NCBI GenBank assembly: GCA_963841815.1
Contig: CAWJEE010000027.1
Location: 52,800-116,799 of the forward strand
DNA: 64,000 nt
Source: an uncultured beta proteobacterium
Lineage (GTDB): Bacteria > Pseudomonadota > Gammaproteobacteria > Burkholderiales > Burkholderiaceae_F
Direction: 5' to 3'
A program made the position numbers and the translations under genes. Shown here in pieces: positions 21,978 through 31,756 of the stretch (within the stretch, counting starts at the first letter, position 1; each line of letters begins with the position of its first letter). Under the pieces are notes generated by a model, which ran no database searches, was not told the origin of the DNA, and worked only from the letters and a program-made list of their open reading frames with translations.

Positions 21978-22541
21978 ATGATCGAAGCCCCCGACAAGAC
22001 CGATCGGCAGCCCGACGAGGAGGCCACCGACGGCAGCGAACGCCCGAGCAAGACGCAGCGCAAGAAGGAGATGCACGCGCTGCAGGCGCTCGGACAGCAG
22101 CTGGTGGACCTGAGCCGCGACCAGCTGGCGCAGGTCGACCTTCCGCAGGAACTGCGCGAAGCGATCGACTTCGCGCATCGCGTCACCAGTCACGAAGGCC
22201 GGCGGCGGCACATGCAGTACATCGGCAAGCTGATGCGGCAGGTCGACGCCGACGAGGTCCGCGCCGCCATCGGACGCGCCACCGGCGAGTCGCGCGCGGC
22301 GGTCGCGCTGATGCACCTGGCGGAGCGCTGGCGCGACCGGCTGCTCGCCGACGACGAGGCGCTGACCGCGTTCATGTCCGAACGGCCCGGCGCCGACGTG
22401 CAGTGGCTGCGCGCGGCGATCCGCGCCGCCCGCCGTGAGCACGCGGCCGGCCAGCCCCCGAAGCACGCGCGCGCGCTGTACCGCTGGCTGCACGATCAAC
22501 TGTCACCCCAAACTTCCAGCGACGACACGCATGAAGGCTGA
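21978..22541 (+). CDS. yjgA: Ribosome-associated protein YjgA (DUF615)
   Basis: The 187-aa ORF contains SKTQRKKEMHALQALGQQLVDL and ...HMQYIGKLMR. Confidence 0.8.
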   Translation: MIEAPDKTDRQPDEEATDGSERPSKTQRKKEMHALQALGQQLVDLSRDQLAQVDLPQELREAIDFAHRVTSHEGRRRHMQYIGKLMRQVDADEVRAAIGRATGESRAAVALMHLAERWRDRLLADDEALTAFMSERPGADVQWLRAAIRAARREHAAGQPPKHARALYRWLHDQLSPQTSSDDTHEG

Positions 22542-23148
22542 ACGCTCGCATCCCGATGAACTGATCCTCGGTCTCGTGTCCATTTCCGACCGTGCCTCGC
22601 GCGGCGTGTACGAAGACCAGGGTCTGCCCGCGCTGAAAGCGTGGTTCGAACGCGCACTGAAGAGCCCGTTCCGGGCCCACGAGCGACTGATCGCCGACGA
22701 ACGGTCCGCGATCGAGGCCGCGCTCATCGACCTCGTCGACGAGGTCGGCTGCGACCTGGTGCTGACCACCGGCGGCACCGGCCCCGCGCGCCGCGACGTG
22801 ACTCCCGAAGCGACGCTCGCCGTCGCGACGCGCGAGATGCCGGGCTTCGGCGAACAGATGCGCCGTATCTCGCTCGAGTTCGTGCCGACCGCGATCCTGT
22901 CGCGCCAGGTCGGCGTGCTGCGCGAAGTCGCCGGCCACGCCGCGCTGATCCTCAACCTGCCGGGACAGCCGAAGGCGATCGCCGAAACGCTCGAAGGGCT
23001 GAAGGCGCCCGACGGCCGGGCCGTGGCGCACGGGATCTTCGGCGCCGTGCCCTACTGCATCGACCTGATCGGCGGCCCGTACATCGAGACGCACGACGCC
23101 GTGGTCAAGGCGTTTCGCCCGAAGAACGCACAGCGGAAACCCGAATGA
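22531..23148 (+). CDS. mogA: Molybdopterin adenylyltransferase MogA
   Basis: The internal ATG at 22531 gives MKAERSHPDELILGLVSISDRASRGVYEDQG...LVLTTGGTGPARRDVTPEAT. It overlaps yjgA by 11 nt. Confidence 0.85.
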   Translation: MKAERSHPDELILGLVSISDRASRGVYEDQGLPALKAWFERALKSPFRAHERLIADERSAIEAALIDLVDEVGCDLVLTTGGTGPARRDVTPEATLAVATREMPGFGEQMRRISLEFVPTAILSRQVGVLREVAGHAALILNLPGQPKAIAETLEGLKAPDGRAVAHGIFGAVPYCIDLIGGPYIETHDAVVKAFRPKNAQRKPE

Positions 23149-23217
23149 GCGCCGCCCGGCCGCTCCGAAGGCGCTCGCTCCCCCTGGGGCGACGGCACGC
23201 AGTGCCAAGGGGGCACG

Positions 23218-23886
23218 ATGAGCGAACTGCTGCAGTGTGTCGAAGTCCAGACCAGCCCGTCGCCGGGCGCGACCGTGATCCTGCTGCACGGCCTCGGCGC
23301 CGACGGCTACGACTTCGTTCCGGTCGTGCGCGAACTCGAGACCCACGGCGCTCCGGCCGCGCGCTACGTGTTTCCGCACGCGCCGACGATGCCGGTGACG
23401 ATCAACGGCGGCTACGTGATGCGCGCCTGGTACGACATCCTCGGCACCGACCTCGTGCGGCGCGAGGACGAGCGAGGCATCCGGGCGTCGCAGGGCATGG
23501 TCGAGGCGCTGATCGAGCGCGAGGTGGCGCGCGGCGTCGCGCGCTCGCGCATCGTGCTCGCCGGCTTCTCGCAAGGGGGCGCGATCACGCTGCACACCGG
23601 CCTGCGCCAGCCGCAGCCGCTAGCGGGCCTGATCGCACTGTCGTGCTACCTGCCGCTCGCCGAGTCGTTTTCGAAGGAAGCGTCGGCAGGGAGCAAGGCG
23701 GTGCCGGTGTTCCTCGCCCACGGCACGCAGGATCCCGTGGTGCCACACGCCCGCGGGGCCGCCTCGCGCGACGCGCTGAAGGCGGCCGGGTACGCCGTCG
23801 AATGGCACGACTACCCGATGCCGCACTCCGTGAGCGCCGAGGAGATCCGCGACATCGCCGCGTTCATGCAGCGCGTCCTCGCCTGA
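23218..23886 (+). CDS. Phospholipase/carboxylesterase-family alpha/beta hydrolase
   Basis: The 222-aa ORF has the nucleophile elbow GFSQGG and a late HG/His consistent with the family. Confidence 0.8.
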   Translation: MSELLQCVEVQTSPSPGATVILLHGLGADGYDFVPVVRELETHGAPAARYVFPHAPTMPVTINGGYVMRAWYDILGTDLVRREDERGIRASQGMVEALIEREVARGVARSRIVLAGFSQGGAITLHTGLRQPQPLAGLIALSCYLPLAESFSKEASAGSKAVPVFLAHGTQDPVVPHARGAASRDALKAAGYAVEWHDYPMPHSVSAEEIRDIAAFMQRVLA

Positions 23887-23895
23887 CCCCGCGGC

Positions 23896-24297
23896 TCAGC
23901 GCCGGTCGACGCTCCAGCGTCCGGCGCCGAACGCCACGATCATCAGGAGGCCCCCGGTGATCGCCATGTTCTTCAGGAAGAACAGCTGCTGCGTCCGGAA
24001 CTCGGCCGCCGGGAAGGCCCAGAAGTTGTGGAACAGCACGCTCGCGGCGACCGTGAACAGCGCCAGGGCAAAGGCGGCCCAGCGCGCCTTCCAGCCGGCG
24101 ACCAGCATCACGCCGGCGACGATCTCGAGCGCGATGGTGCCCGCCGCCAGCAGCTGCGACAGCGGCAGTCCCTTCGACGCGATGTAGCCCGCCGTGCCCT
24201 CGAATCCGCCGATCTTCCCGTAGCCGGCGTACACGAACATCGCTGCAATCAAGACGCGGCCGACGAACGCGAACGCGTCGGTCATCGTTGTTCTCAT
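23896..24297 (-). CDS. DoxX-family membrane protein
   Basis: An AGGAGA Shine-Dalgarno precedes the ATG at 24297. The product is about 133 aa, has 4 TM helices and includes VYAGYGKIGGFEGTAGYIASKGLP. Confidence 0.8.
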   Translation of the reverse strand: MRTTMTDAFAFVGRVLIAAMFVYAGYGKIGGFEGTAGYIASKGLPLSQLLAAGTIALEIVAGVMLVAGWKARWAAFALALFTVAASVLFHNFWAFPAAEFRTQQLFFLKNMAITGGLLMIVAFGAGRWSVDRR

Positions 24298-24334
24298 TCC
24301 CCTTTTCTCCTGTCGTTGCTGTTCCGGAAAGCAG

Positions 24335-25033
24335 TCATGGAAGGTCGAACGCCAGCACCTCGGCATTCCCGCCACCGGCGAGTTCGACACGGCCGGCGTC
24401 CGTGATCATCGCGGCATCGCCCGCGACGAGCCTCTGCCCATCGACGTCGATCTCGCCGCGAGCCACGTACACGTAAGCGCGCCGGCCGGGAGCGACGGCG
24501 AGCGTCGCACGCTCGTCGCCGTCGAACAGCCCCGCGTATACCCGGGCGTCCTGGTGGATCGTCACCGAGCCCTCGGCGCCGTCGGACGATGCCACGAGGC
24601 GCAGTCGGCCGCGCTTGTCCGCGGCCTCGAACCGCTTCTCCTCGTAGCCCGGCGCGATGCCCTGCACGTTCGGCTCGATCCAGATCTGCAGGAAGTGAGT
24701 GACCTGCGCGGACGAGTGATTGAACTCCGAGTGCCGCACGCCGGTGCCCGCGCTCATGCGCTGCACGTCGCCCGGACGGATCACCGAGCCATTGCCCAGG
24801 CTGTCCTTGTGCGCCAGTTCGCCATCGAGCACGTAGCTGATGATCTCCATGTCGCGGTGACCGTGCGTGCCGAATCCCATGCCCGGCGCGACGCGGTCCT
24901 CGTTGATGACACGCAGCGGTCCGAAGCCCATGTGCCGCGGGTCGTGGTAGTCCGCGAACGAAAAGCTGTGAAACGACTTCAGCCAGCCGTGGTCCGCGTA
25001 CCCGCGTTCGGCACTGCGTCTGGTGACAAGCAT
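24335..25033 (-). CDS. Pirin-family protein
   Basis: The ATG at 25033 has a GGGAGG Shine-Dalgarno. The product contains HGWLKSFHSFSFADYHDP...GFGTHGHRDMEIISYVLDGEL. Confidence 0.9.
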   Translation of the reverse strand: MLVTRRSAERGYADHGWLKSFHSFSFADYHDPRHMGFGPLRVINEDRVAPGMGFGTHGHRDMEIISYVLDGELAHKDSLGNGSVIRPGDVQRMSAGTGVRHSEFNHSSAQVTHFLQIWIEPNVQGIAPGYEEKRFEAADKRGRLRLVASSDGAEGSVTIHQDARVYAGLFDGDERATLAVAPGRRAYVYVARGEIDVDGQRLVAGDAAMITDAGRVELAGGGNAEVLAFDLP

Positions 25034-25157
25034 GAGGAACCTCCCTGTTCGTCCCGTTCCGCCCGAGGGCGGGCGAGCCGAATCGTGCCGGCATTCCCGA
25101 CCAAAGACATCGGGTATAGACTCACGATCTCGTTCAAACACTTTCACTTAGCTTCCC

Positions 25158-26072
25158 GTGGCCAAGCTGAGCCTGGAGTCGCTGGAACTGGTCGACGCGA
25201 TCGCGCGGCGTGGCAGCTTCGCGGCCGCCGCCGAAGAACTCGGCCGCGTGCCGTCGGCGGTGACCTACGCCGCGCGTCGCCTCGAGCAAGACCTGGATGC
25301 GCTGCTGTTCGACCGCGCCGGCTACCGGGCCCGGCTGACGCCGGCCGGCGAGGAACTGCTGCGCGAAGGGCGGCACCTGATCGCCGCCGCCGACGAACTC
25401 GCGCGCCGGGTCCAGCGCGTGGCCGCCGGCTGGGAGCGTGAGTTGCGAATCGCGCTCGACACGATCATTCCATTTGATCGATTCCTGCCGCTGCTGGACG
25501 ACTTCTGCGCGGTCGCGCCGACGCAGGTCCGCGTGATCGAGGAAGTCCTCGGCGGGACCTGGGACGCGCTGCTGACGGGTCGGGCGGACATCGCGGTCGG
25601 TGCGTCCGAGGAAGGCCCCGCGCCACATCGGCTGAGCGTCGGCTACCGCTCCGAGCCGCTCGGCGCGGTCGACCTCGTGTTCGCCGTTGCGCCCTTCCAC
25701 CCGCTCGCTGCGCTGCCGTCGCCGCTCGACACTGCCGAGATCCGACGGCACCGCCAGGTCGTCGTCGGCGACACCTCGCAGCAGCTCGCACCGCGCACGA
25801 CCGGCTTCACGGGCGCGATCGACGTGCTCACCGTGCCGACGATGGCCGCCAAGATCGAAGCGCAGAAAGCCGGCCTCGGCTGCGGCTACCTGCCGCGCGG
25901 ACGCGTCGCGGACGTGGTCGCGCGCGGCGAACTGGTGATCAGGGAAACGGACCAGGGCGAGCGCAGCAGCGCGCTGAAGGCCGCCTGGCGCCAGGACGCG
26001 CGCGGCAAGGCCGTGGCCTGGTGGATCGAGAAGCTCAGGAAACCCGAGACGCGCGCGGCACTAACGGCGTGA
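25158..26072 (+). CDS. LysR-family transcriptional regulator, divergent from pirin-doxX
   Basis: The 304-aa ORF has an N-terminal HTH (LVDAIARRGSFAAAAEELGRVPSAVTYAARRLEQDL). Confidence 0.9.
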   Translation: MAKLSLESLELVDAIARRGSFAAAAEELGRVPSAVTYAARRLEQDLDALLFDRAGYRARLTPAGEELLREGRHLIAAADELARRVQRVAAGWERELRIALDTIIPFDRFLPLLDDFCAVAPTQVRVIEEVLGGTWDALLTGRADIAVGASEEGPAPHRLSVGYRSEPLGAVDLVFAVAPFHPLAALPSPLDTAEIRRHRQVVVGDTSQQLAPRTTGFTGAIDVLTVPTMAAKIEAQKAGLGCGYLPRGRVADVVARGELVIRETDQGERSSALKAAWRQDARGKAVAWWIEKLRKPETRAALTA

Positions 26073-29000
26073 CGTTGGCCGGCATGCTCGCGCCGTGCGC
26101 GAAGGCGTAGCGGTTCTTGCCTTTCAGCTTGGCGTCGTACATCGCGAGGTCCGCCAGCTGCAGCAGCCGCTCGAGGTCGCGCCCCTGCTCCGGCGCCAGG
26201 GCGATGCCGATGCTCGCCGACACCCGCAGGTCGGCGACGCCTTCGGCGAGCGTCGCCGGCTGCGCGACCGCGCCGAGCAGCCGCTCGGCGATCTTCTCGA
26301 CTTCCATCATCGAGCCGACATCGGGCACGAGCACGGCGAACTCGTCGCCGCCGCGACGTGCAACCGTGTCCTGCGGGCGCATCACGCGCGTGAGCCGCGC
26401 CGCGATCTCGCGCAGCATCCGGTCGCCGGCTTCGTGGCCGTGCCGGTCGTTGATCTCCTTGAACCCGTCGAGGTCGATGGCGAGCACCGCGCAGCTGACC
26501 TGCCGCAGTTCCGACGTGGCCAGCGCGGCTGCGGCGCGTTCCGCCAGCAGGCGGCGGTTCGGCAGCCCGGTCAGCTCGTCGTGGTGCGCCTCGTGCACCG
26601 CGTTGGCCTCGCGCTGCTTCAGCGTGTCGATGTCCGCGATCACGAACACGTACTCGCCGGCCGCGATGGAGCGCGCCGTGACCTGGCACCACGCGGCGTC
26701 GTCCACGCCGAGGATCGTGCCGCGCCTGACGCGCAACTCGCGCACCACCGCCTGGTCGCGCGACCGCGCTTCGTCGGCGGCTCCCGTCACATCGGCCCAG
26801 TCTTCCTGCTCGAGCAGCGTGCCGGCGACCGGCACCTTCGCGAGCTCGTCGGGCGGCAAGCCGGCCATGCGCAGGAACGCGTCGTTGCAGCGCTGCACCA
26901 TGCCTTGCTTCACGACGGCGATGGCCTGCCCGGCGGAGTCGAGCACGGTGCGCTCGACCCGCAAGGCTTCGGACAGCCGCCGTTCGCGCGACTTCAGCGC
27001 GGTGAGGTCGGCGTTCATGCCGATGAGCCCGGCGAAACTCCCGTCGCGCTGGCGCATCGGCACCGCGCTGATCGACACGATGACGCGGCGCCCGTCCTGC
27101 GTGAGGTGGACCGCCTCGAGGTCGCGGATCGGCTTGCCCTCGCGCAGCGCCGCGAACGCGTTCCGCACCGCCGGTTGCTCGACGTCCTTCGGCAGCAGCA
27201 CGTCGACCGGGCGACCCAGCAGGTCGCGCGGCTCGTAGCCGTAGATCTCGCGCGCAGCACGGCGGCTGACGAAGGTCAGCGTCAGGGTGTGGTCGCAGGC
27301 CCAGATGAGGCTGGCGGACGCTTCCACCAGCGACTTGTACAGCGCCTTGCTGCGCTTGAGCTTGTCGAGCTCGAGCAGTTCGGTCGGCGACGCGATCGTG
27401 TCGAGGACCATCACCGCATTGCTCTTCGCCCCGGTGTACGGGATGAAGTGGCTGCGCAGGTGAAGTCGCCCACCGGAACGGCTCGTGCGGGCGTTGACGA
27501 CATCGAATACGGCCTCGCCGCGCAAGGCCTTCTGGATGCCGTTCATCACCGCGAGCCGCGACTCGGACTTGAACTCGAACGCCTCGTCCCACTGGGGCCG
27601 CAGGCTCGGCGCCGCCCGCACGCCCCAGCGGCGCGGCTCGTTGCCTTGCGCGTGCACGACACGACCCTGGTCGTCGACGATCCAGACGAGCACCGGAAGC
27701 CGCGCCAGCAGGTCGCCGGCGGACTCGCGGACCGCGGACGCGGCGCTGGCGCGCGCTTCGGCGATCGTGCCGATGATCATGTGCACGGCGCCGGAACCAC
27801 GCGGCGCGCGCGTCATGCACACGACGCGCACGTTGCGCAGCGCGCCGGTCGCGTCGCGCAGCTGCATGCAGTCGTCGAACACGCCGCCGCCCCGGAGCGC
27901 GGCGCGGTACTGGCCGTTGATGCGCGCGCGGTCGGCCTCCGGGATCAGGTAGGCCAGCGGGAAGGCGTGCGGATCGGCCAGGAGCCGGCCATCCTCGGCA
28001 GCGGGGAACTCACGCGGCACGACGAGGCGGCCGCGCTCGTCGCGGTACCACGGCAGGCCCTGCAGGCCGCCGATCCAGTCGGCCAGCCGCAGCGCGTCCT
28101 CGAGCAGGCGCTGCTGCCTGGGCTGCGACTTCTTCTCCTCGGTCAGCGCGATCACCAGCACCGAACTCGCCCGCCCCGGTTCCATGAAGCGGACGCGCCC
28201 CTTCCACGTCGGCCCGGGCGACGAGGGGTGCGCCGCGCGCACCTCGACGTCGACGCTCGCCGCGGTACGGTGCCTGGTCGGATCGAGCGCCGACGCCGGC
28301 TCGGCGACGATCGACTGGTCGATCGAATTGCCGACGATGGACCGCTCGCTGCGGCCGATGAATTCGCTCGCCGCTCCGTTGACGTCGATGACGCGGTTGT
28401 CGCGCGCGACGATGACAGGCGTGGGCATCGCGTGGACCGCGGCCTGCCAGCCGAACTTCGTCGGGTTGCTGACCAGCGTTGGCGGCGGCTTCCTCTCGCC
28501 GTGCCGCGCGAGCGGTTGCTGGCGTCCGATCCACCAGGCGGCGAGCAGCCAGAGCGGAAACGCGAGCGCGAACACGACATGGTCGGGCACCCGCACCAGG
28601 CCGATCGCCGAGATGGCGATCCACGCCGCGATGTAGAGCGTCCAGACGCGCGGCCAGCCACCGTAGCTCAGGGCCCCGAACAGCACGGCGCCGCTCGCGG
28701 CGTAGGCGCCCGAACCGCCGAGGAAGATCGCCGGCTTCGGAATCAGCGCGAACATCGCGGCCCACAGCGCGAGGTCGACGACCGCCGTGCCGAGGTAGGC
28801 GCGGCCAGGCGTCGAATCCGGCGCCACGGCGATCCTGGAGTCGACGTGCGACGTCGCGACCATGAAGCGGACGGCCGCGTTCACGGCGGCGAGCGCGAGC
28901 CAGGCGAAGGCCCAGGCGCCGGCGCCCGCGCTCAACGCGACGAACGTGGTCAGGACCGCGAGCAGCAGCAGCGCCGGCAGCAGGCGCCGCTCGACGGCGA

Positions 29001-29085
29001 ACGCGGCGCGGAGATCGAACGAGTGGGACGTGATGGATCGCGGCGGCGCTCTTCGCGCAGTGGGAACGGCTCCGCTCGGCTCCAT
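26035..29085 (-). CDS. Membrane-anchored multi-PAS diguanylate cyclase (GGDEF)
   Basis: The 1016-aa intact ORF has about 6-7 N-terminal TM helices and several PAS-like segments. The C-terminal GGDEF domain has RGGDEF and an RPQD I-site exactly 5 residues upstream. Confidence 0.85.
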   Translation of the reverse strand: MEPSGAVPTARRAPPRSITSHSFDLRAAFAVERRLLPALLLLAVLTTFVALSAGAGAWAFAWLALAAVNAAVRFMVATSHVDSRIAVAPDSTPGRAYLGTAVVDLALWAAMFALIPKPAIFLGGSGAYAASGAVLFGALSYGGWPRVWTLYIAAWIAISAIGLVRVPDHVVFALAFPLWLLAAWWIGRQQPLARHGERKPPPTLVSNPTKFGWQAAVHAMPTPVIVARDNRVIDVNGAASEFIGRSERSIVGNSIDQSIVAEPASALDPTRHRTAASVDVEVRAAHPSSPGPTWKGRVRFMEPGRASSVLVIALTEEKKSQPRQQRLLEDALRLADWIGGLQGLPWYRDERGRLVVPREFPAAEDGRLLADPHAFPLAYLIPEADRARINGQYRAALRGGGVFDDCMQLRDATGALRNVRVVCMTRAPRGSGAVHMIIGTIAEARASAASAVRESAGDLLARLPVLVWIVDDQGRVVHAQGNEPRRWGVRAAPSLRPQWDEAFEFKSESRLAVMNGIQKALRGEAVFDVVNARTSRSGGRLHLRSHFIPYTGAKSNAVMVLDTIASPTELLELDKLKRSKALYKSLVEASASLIWACDHTLTLTFVSRRAAREIYGYEPRDLLGRPVDVLLPKDVEQPAVRNAFAALREGKPIRDLEAVHLTQDGRRVIVSISAVPMRQRDGSFAGLIGMNADLTALKSRERRLSEALRVERTVLDSAGQAIAVVKQGMVQRCNDAFLRMAGLPPDELAKVPVAGTLLEQEDWADVTGAADEARSRDQAVVRELRVRRGTILGVDDAAWCQVTARSIAAGEYVFVIADIDTLKQREANAVHEAHHDELTGLPNRRLLAERAAAALATSELRQVSCAVLAIDLDGFKEINDRHGHEAGDRMLREIAARLTRVMRPQDTVARRGGDEFAVLVPDVGSMMEVEKIAERLLGAVAQPATLAEGVADLRVSASIGIALAPEQGRDLERLLQLADLAMYDAKLKGKNRYAFAHGASMPANVTPLVPRASRVS

Positions 29086-29329
29086 CGTGGCGTGTCGGTA
29101 GGTGCTTCTGATGCGCAGCGCGTTGTCGGCGAAACCGCCTGCGCCTTCACGTCAAGGACGCATCGTAGCTGGCGCCCAATGCGCGCAGCAATCGCCGGCT
29201 GTCGGGAAACGCCGCGCCGCGCTGGAAATGCGAGCCTTCCCGGATAATCGCAGCGACGGGCGATGCGAGCGCCCGACGACTCGCCGCGTGCTCCCGCACC
29301 GTCGCCACAACCTCTTCCGAGCCTGATCG

Positions 29330-30200
29330 ATGGCCTACCGGGGCCGGTTTGCCCCTTCGCCCACCGGCCCGCTGCACGCGGGCTCCCTCGTCGCGGCGCT
29401 CGCGAGCTGGCTCGACGCGCGCGCGGCTGGCGGCACGTGGATCGTCCGCATCGAGGACCTCGACCCGCCGCGCGAGGTGGCCGGGGCCGAGCGAGGAGAT
29501 CCTGCGCCAGCTCGCCGCCTGCGGACTCGAGTCCGACGAACCGGTCCTGTTCCAGAGCCGCCGTTCGGACGCCTACGAGAATGCGTTCCTGCCGCTGGCC
29601 GAGCAGGGGCTCGTTTACGGATGTGCCTGCTCGCGCAAGGACGTCGAGGCGGCGATCGCCGCGCGGCCGGGCTGGCCGGACGGCGTCTATCCCGGCACGT
29701 GCTCGCGAGCCGCGGTCGTACCGGCGAAAGTGCGCGCCTGGCGCATCCGGGTGCCCGACGTGCGGGTGTCCTTCGTCGACCGCGCGGTCGGTCCGTACGC
29801 GCAGTCACTCGCGCGCGACGTCGGCGACTTCGTGATCCGGCGCGCGGACGGGCTGTGGGCGTACCAGCTGGCGGTCGTCGTGGACGACGCGCACCAGCGC
29901 ATCACCGACGTCGTCCGCGGGGCGGACCTGCTCGACAACACGCCGCGACAGATCCACCTGCAGCGCGCACTCGGCCTGCCGCTGCCGCGCTACCTGCACG
30001 TCCCCGTGGTGGTCGATGGGCGGGGCGAGAAACTGTCGAAGCAGACGCTAGCACCCGCGCTGGACAGACACGCCCCGCTGCCCGCGCTCGAAGCCGCCGC
30101 GCGGCACCTCGGCCTTCCGCGCATCGGCGCGGACGACGTTGCGGCGTTCCTGCGCGTTGCCACCACGGAGTGGAAGGAAAGCCATCCGCTGCCGCGGTAG
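29330..30200 (+). pseudogene. gluQ: Glutamyl-Q tRNA(Asp) synthetase with one frame switch near 29487
   Basis: [20 protein letters not shown]...[13 protein letters not shown], then [13 protein letters not shown]...[24 protein letters not shown]...KLSKQ. Confidence 0.85.
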
Positions 30201-30206
30201 CGGTCG

Positions 30207-31646
30207 TCATCGCACCGCGGCGACCACGCTAGCGACCGCCGCGGTCAGCTTCTTCGCGTACGGCACGTGCAGGAATTCATTGGGGCCGTGCGCGTTCGAG
30301 TGGGGTCCGAGCACGCCGGTGATGAAGAACTGCGCGCGCGGGAATTTCGCGCCCAGCATGCTCATGAAGGGAATCGTGCCGCCCTCGCCGATCCACGCAA
30401 CGTCGCGCCGGTAGACGGTGCGCGACGCCGCCTCGAACGCCTGTTTCAGCCACGGCGCCGTGTCCGGCGCGTTCCATCCGGTCGCGCCGTGGTCCGCTTC
30501 GAAGGTCACCCGCGCGCTGTACGGCGGATTGTCGGTCAGCGCCTTGCGCAGCGCCCACGTCGCCCGCTCGCCGTCGACCGTCGGCGGAATCCGCATGCTC
30601 AGCTTGAAGGTCGTCTTCGGCCGCAGCACGTTGCCGGCGGAGTCGATCGCCGGGAAGCCCGCCGCGCCGGTCACCGACAGCGCCGGCCGCCACGTGCGGT
30701 TCAGGATCGCCTCGACGGGATCCGTCGTCGTCGGCATCGCGTGCGCCTGGGCGTCGGGCCCGTGGTTGCACGTGATCCACGGGAACTCCTTCCACACCTG
30801 GTCGCCGAGGATCGCGCCGGCCGCGTGCGCCTGCTCGACGCGCTCCGCCGGGATCTCCGCGTGCAGCTCCGGCAGCAGGACGTGGCCGGTCTGCGCGTCG
30901 TCGATGCGGTTCAGCAACTGGCGCGCGATGCGGAACGACGACGGCACGATCCCGCTCGCATGGCCCGAGTGCACGCCCTCGGACAGGATCTCGACGGTCA
31001 GCGTGCCACCCACCAGCCCGCGCAGCGACGTGGTGACCCACAGCTGCTCGTAGTTGCGGCAGCCGGAGTCGAGACCGACGAGCAGCTGCACGTCGCCGAG
31101 CCGCGGCGCCAGCAGCTCGAGATAGGCGGGCAGGTCCGGGCTGCCGCTTTCCTCGCAGGTCTCGATCAGGCCGACGCAGCGCGGACGCGGCGCGCCCTGG
31201 GCGTCGATCGCGGCGATCGTCGTCAGCGCGCAGTACACGGCGTAGCCGTCGTCGCCGCTGCCGCGCCCGTAGAGCTTGCCGTCCTCGTAGACAGGCTTCC
31301 ACGGGCCGAGGTCGTCGCGCCATCCGACCATTTCCGGCTGCTTGTCGAGGTGGCCATAGAACAGCACGGTGCGGTCGTCGCCGAGGCCCGCGGTCGCCGG
31401 AACGTCGAAGAAGAGGCAGGGCGTCAGCCCGTCGATCGTCACGATCTCGAGCTTCAACCCGGCGATCGGCTGGGCGCGGCACCACTGCTCGGCCGCCTGG
31501 ATCACCGCTTTCAGGTGCCCGTGCGCCTCCCAACTCGCGTCGAACGCGGGCGACTTCGCGGGCACGCGCACGTAGTCGATCAGCTGCGGCAGCAGGTCCT
31601 CGTCCCAGCGGCGAGTGACGAAACGATCGAGGTCGGCGAGGTTCAT
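30207..31646 (-). CDS. M20-family metallopeptidase (dipeptidase-like)
   Basis: The ATG at 31646 has a GGAGA Shine-Dalgarno. The 479-aa product contains [10 protein letters not shown] and [11 protein letters not shown]. Confidence 0.8.
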   Translation of the reverse strand: MNLADLDRFVTRRWDEDLLPQLIDYVRVPAKSPAFDASWEAHGHLKAVIQAAEQWCRAQPIAGLKLEIVTIDGLTPCLFFDVPATAGLGDDRTVLFYGHLDKQPEMVGWRDDLGPWKPVYEDGKLYGRGSGDDGYAVYCALTTIAAIDAQGAPRPRCVGLIETCEESGSPDLPAYLELLAPRLGDVQLLVGLDSGCRNYEQLWVTTSLRGLVGGTLTVEILSEGVHSGHASGIVPSSFRIARQLLNRIDDAQTGHVLLPELHAEIPAERVEQAHAAGAILGDQVWKEFPWITCNHGPDAQAHAMPTTTDPVEAILNRTWRPALSVTGAAGFPAIDSAGNVLRPKTTFKLSMRIPPTVDGERATWALRKALTDNPPYSARVTFEADHGATGWNAPDTAPWLKQAFEAASRTVYRRDVAWIGEGGTIPFMSMLGAKFPRAQFFITGVLGPHSNAHGPNEFLHVPYAKKLTAAVASVVAAVR

Positions 31647-31705
31647 CGGGGCATCTCCAGGCGACGGAACGGTCGAGTTTATCGCCGCGGACAAGTCCGG
31701 CTCCC

Positions 31706-31738
31706 GGCAAACGAAACGGCCGCCCGAGGGCGGCCGTT
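31706..31738 (-). terminator. Rho-independent terminator after the cytochrome cluster
   Basis: On the minus strand the sequence reads acggccgcc-ctcg-ggcggccgt followed by ttcgtttg. It lies 20 nt past the stop codon at 31757. Confidence 0.6.
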
Positions 31739-31756
31739 CGATGGGAGCGCGTCCCG

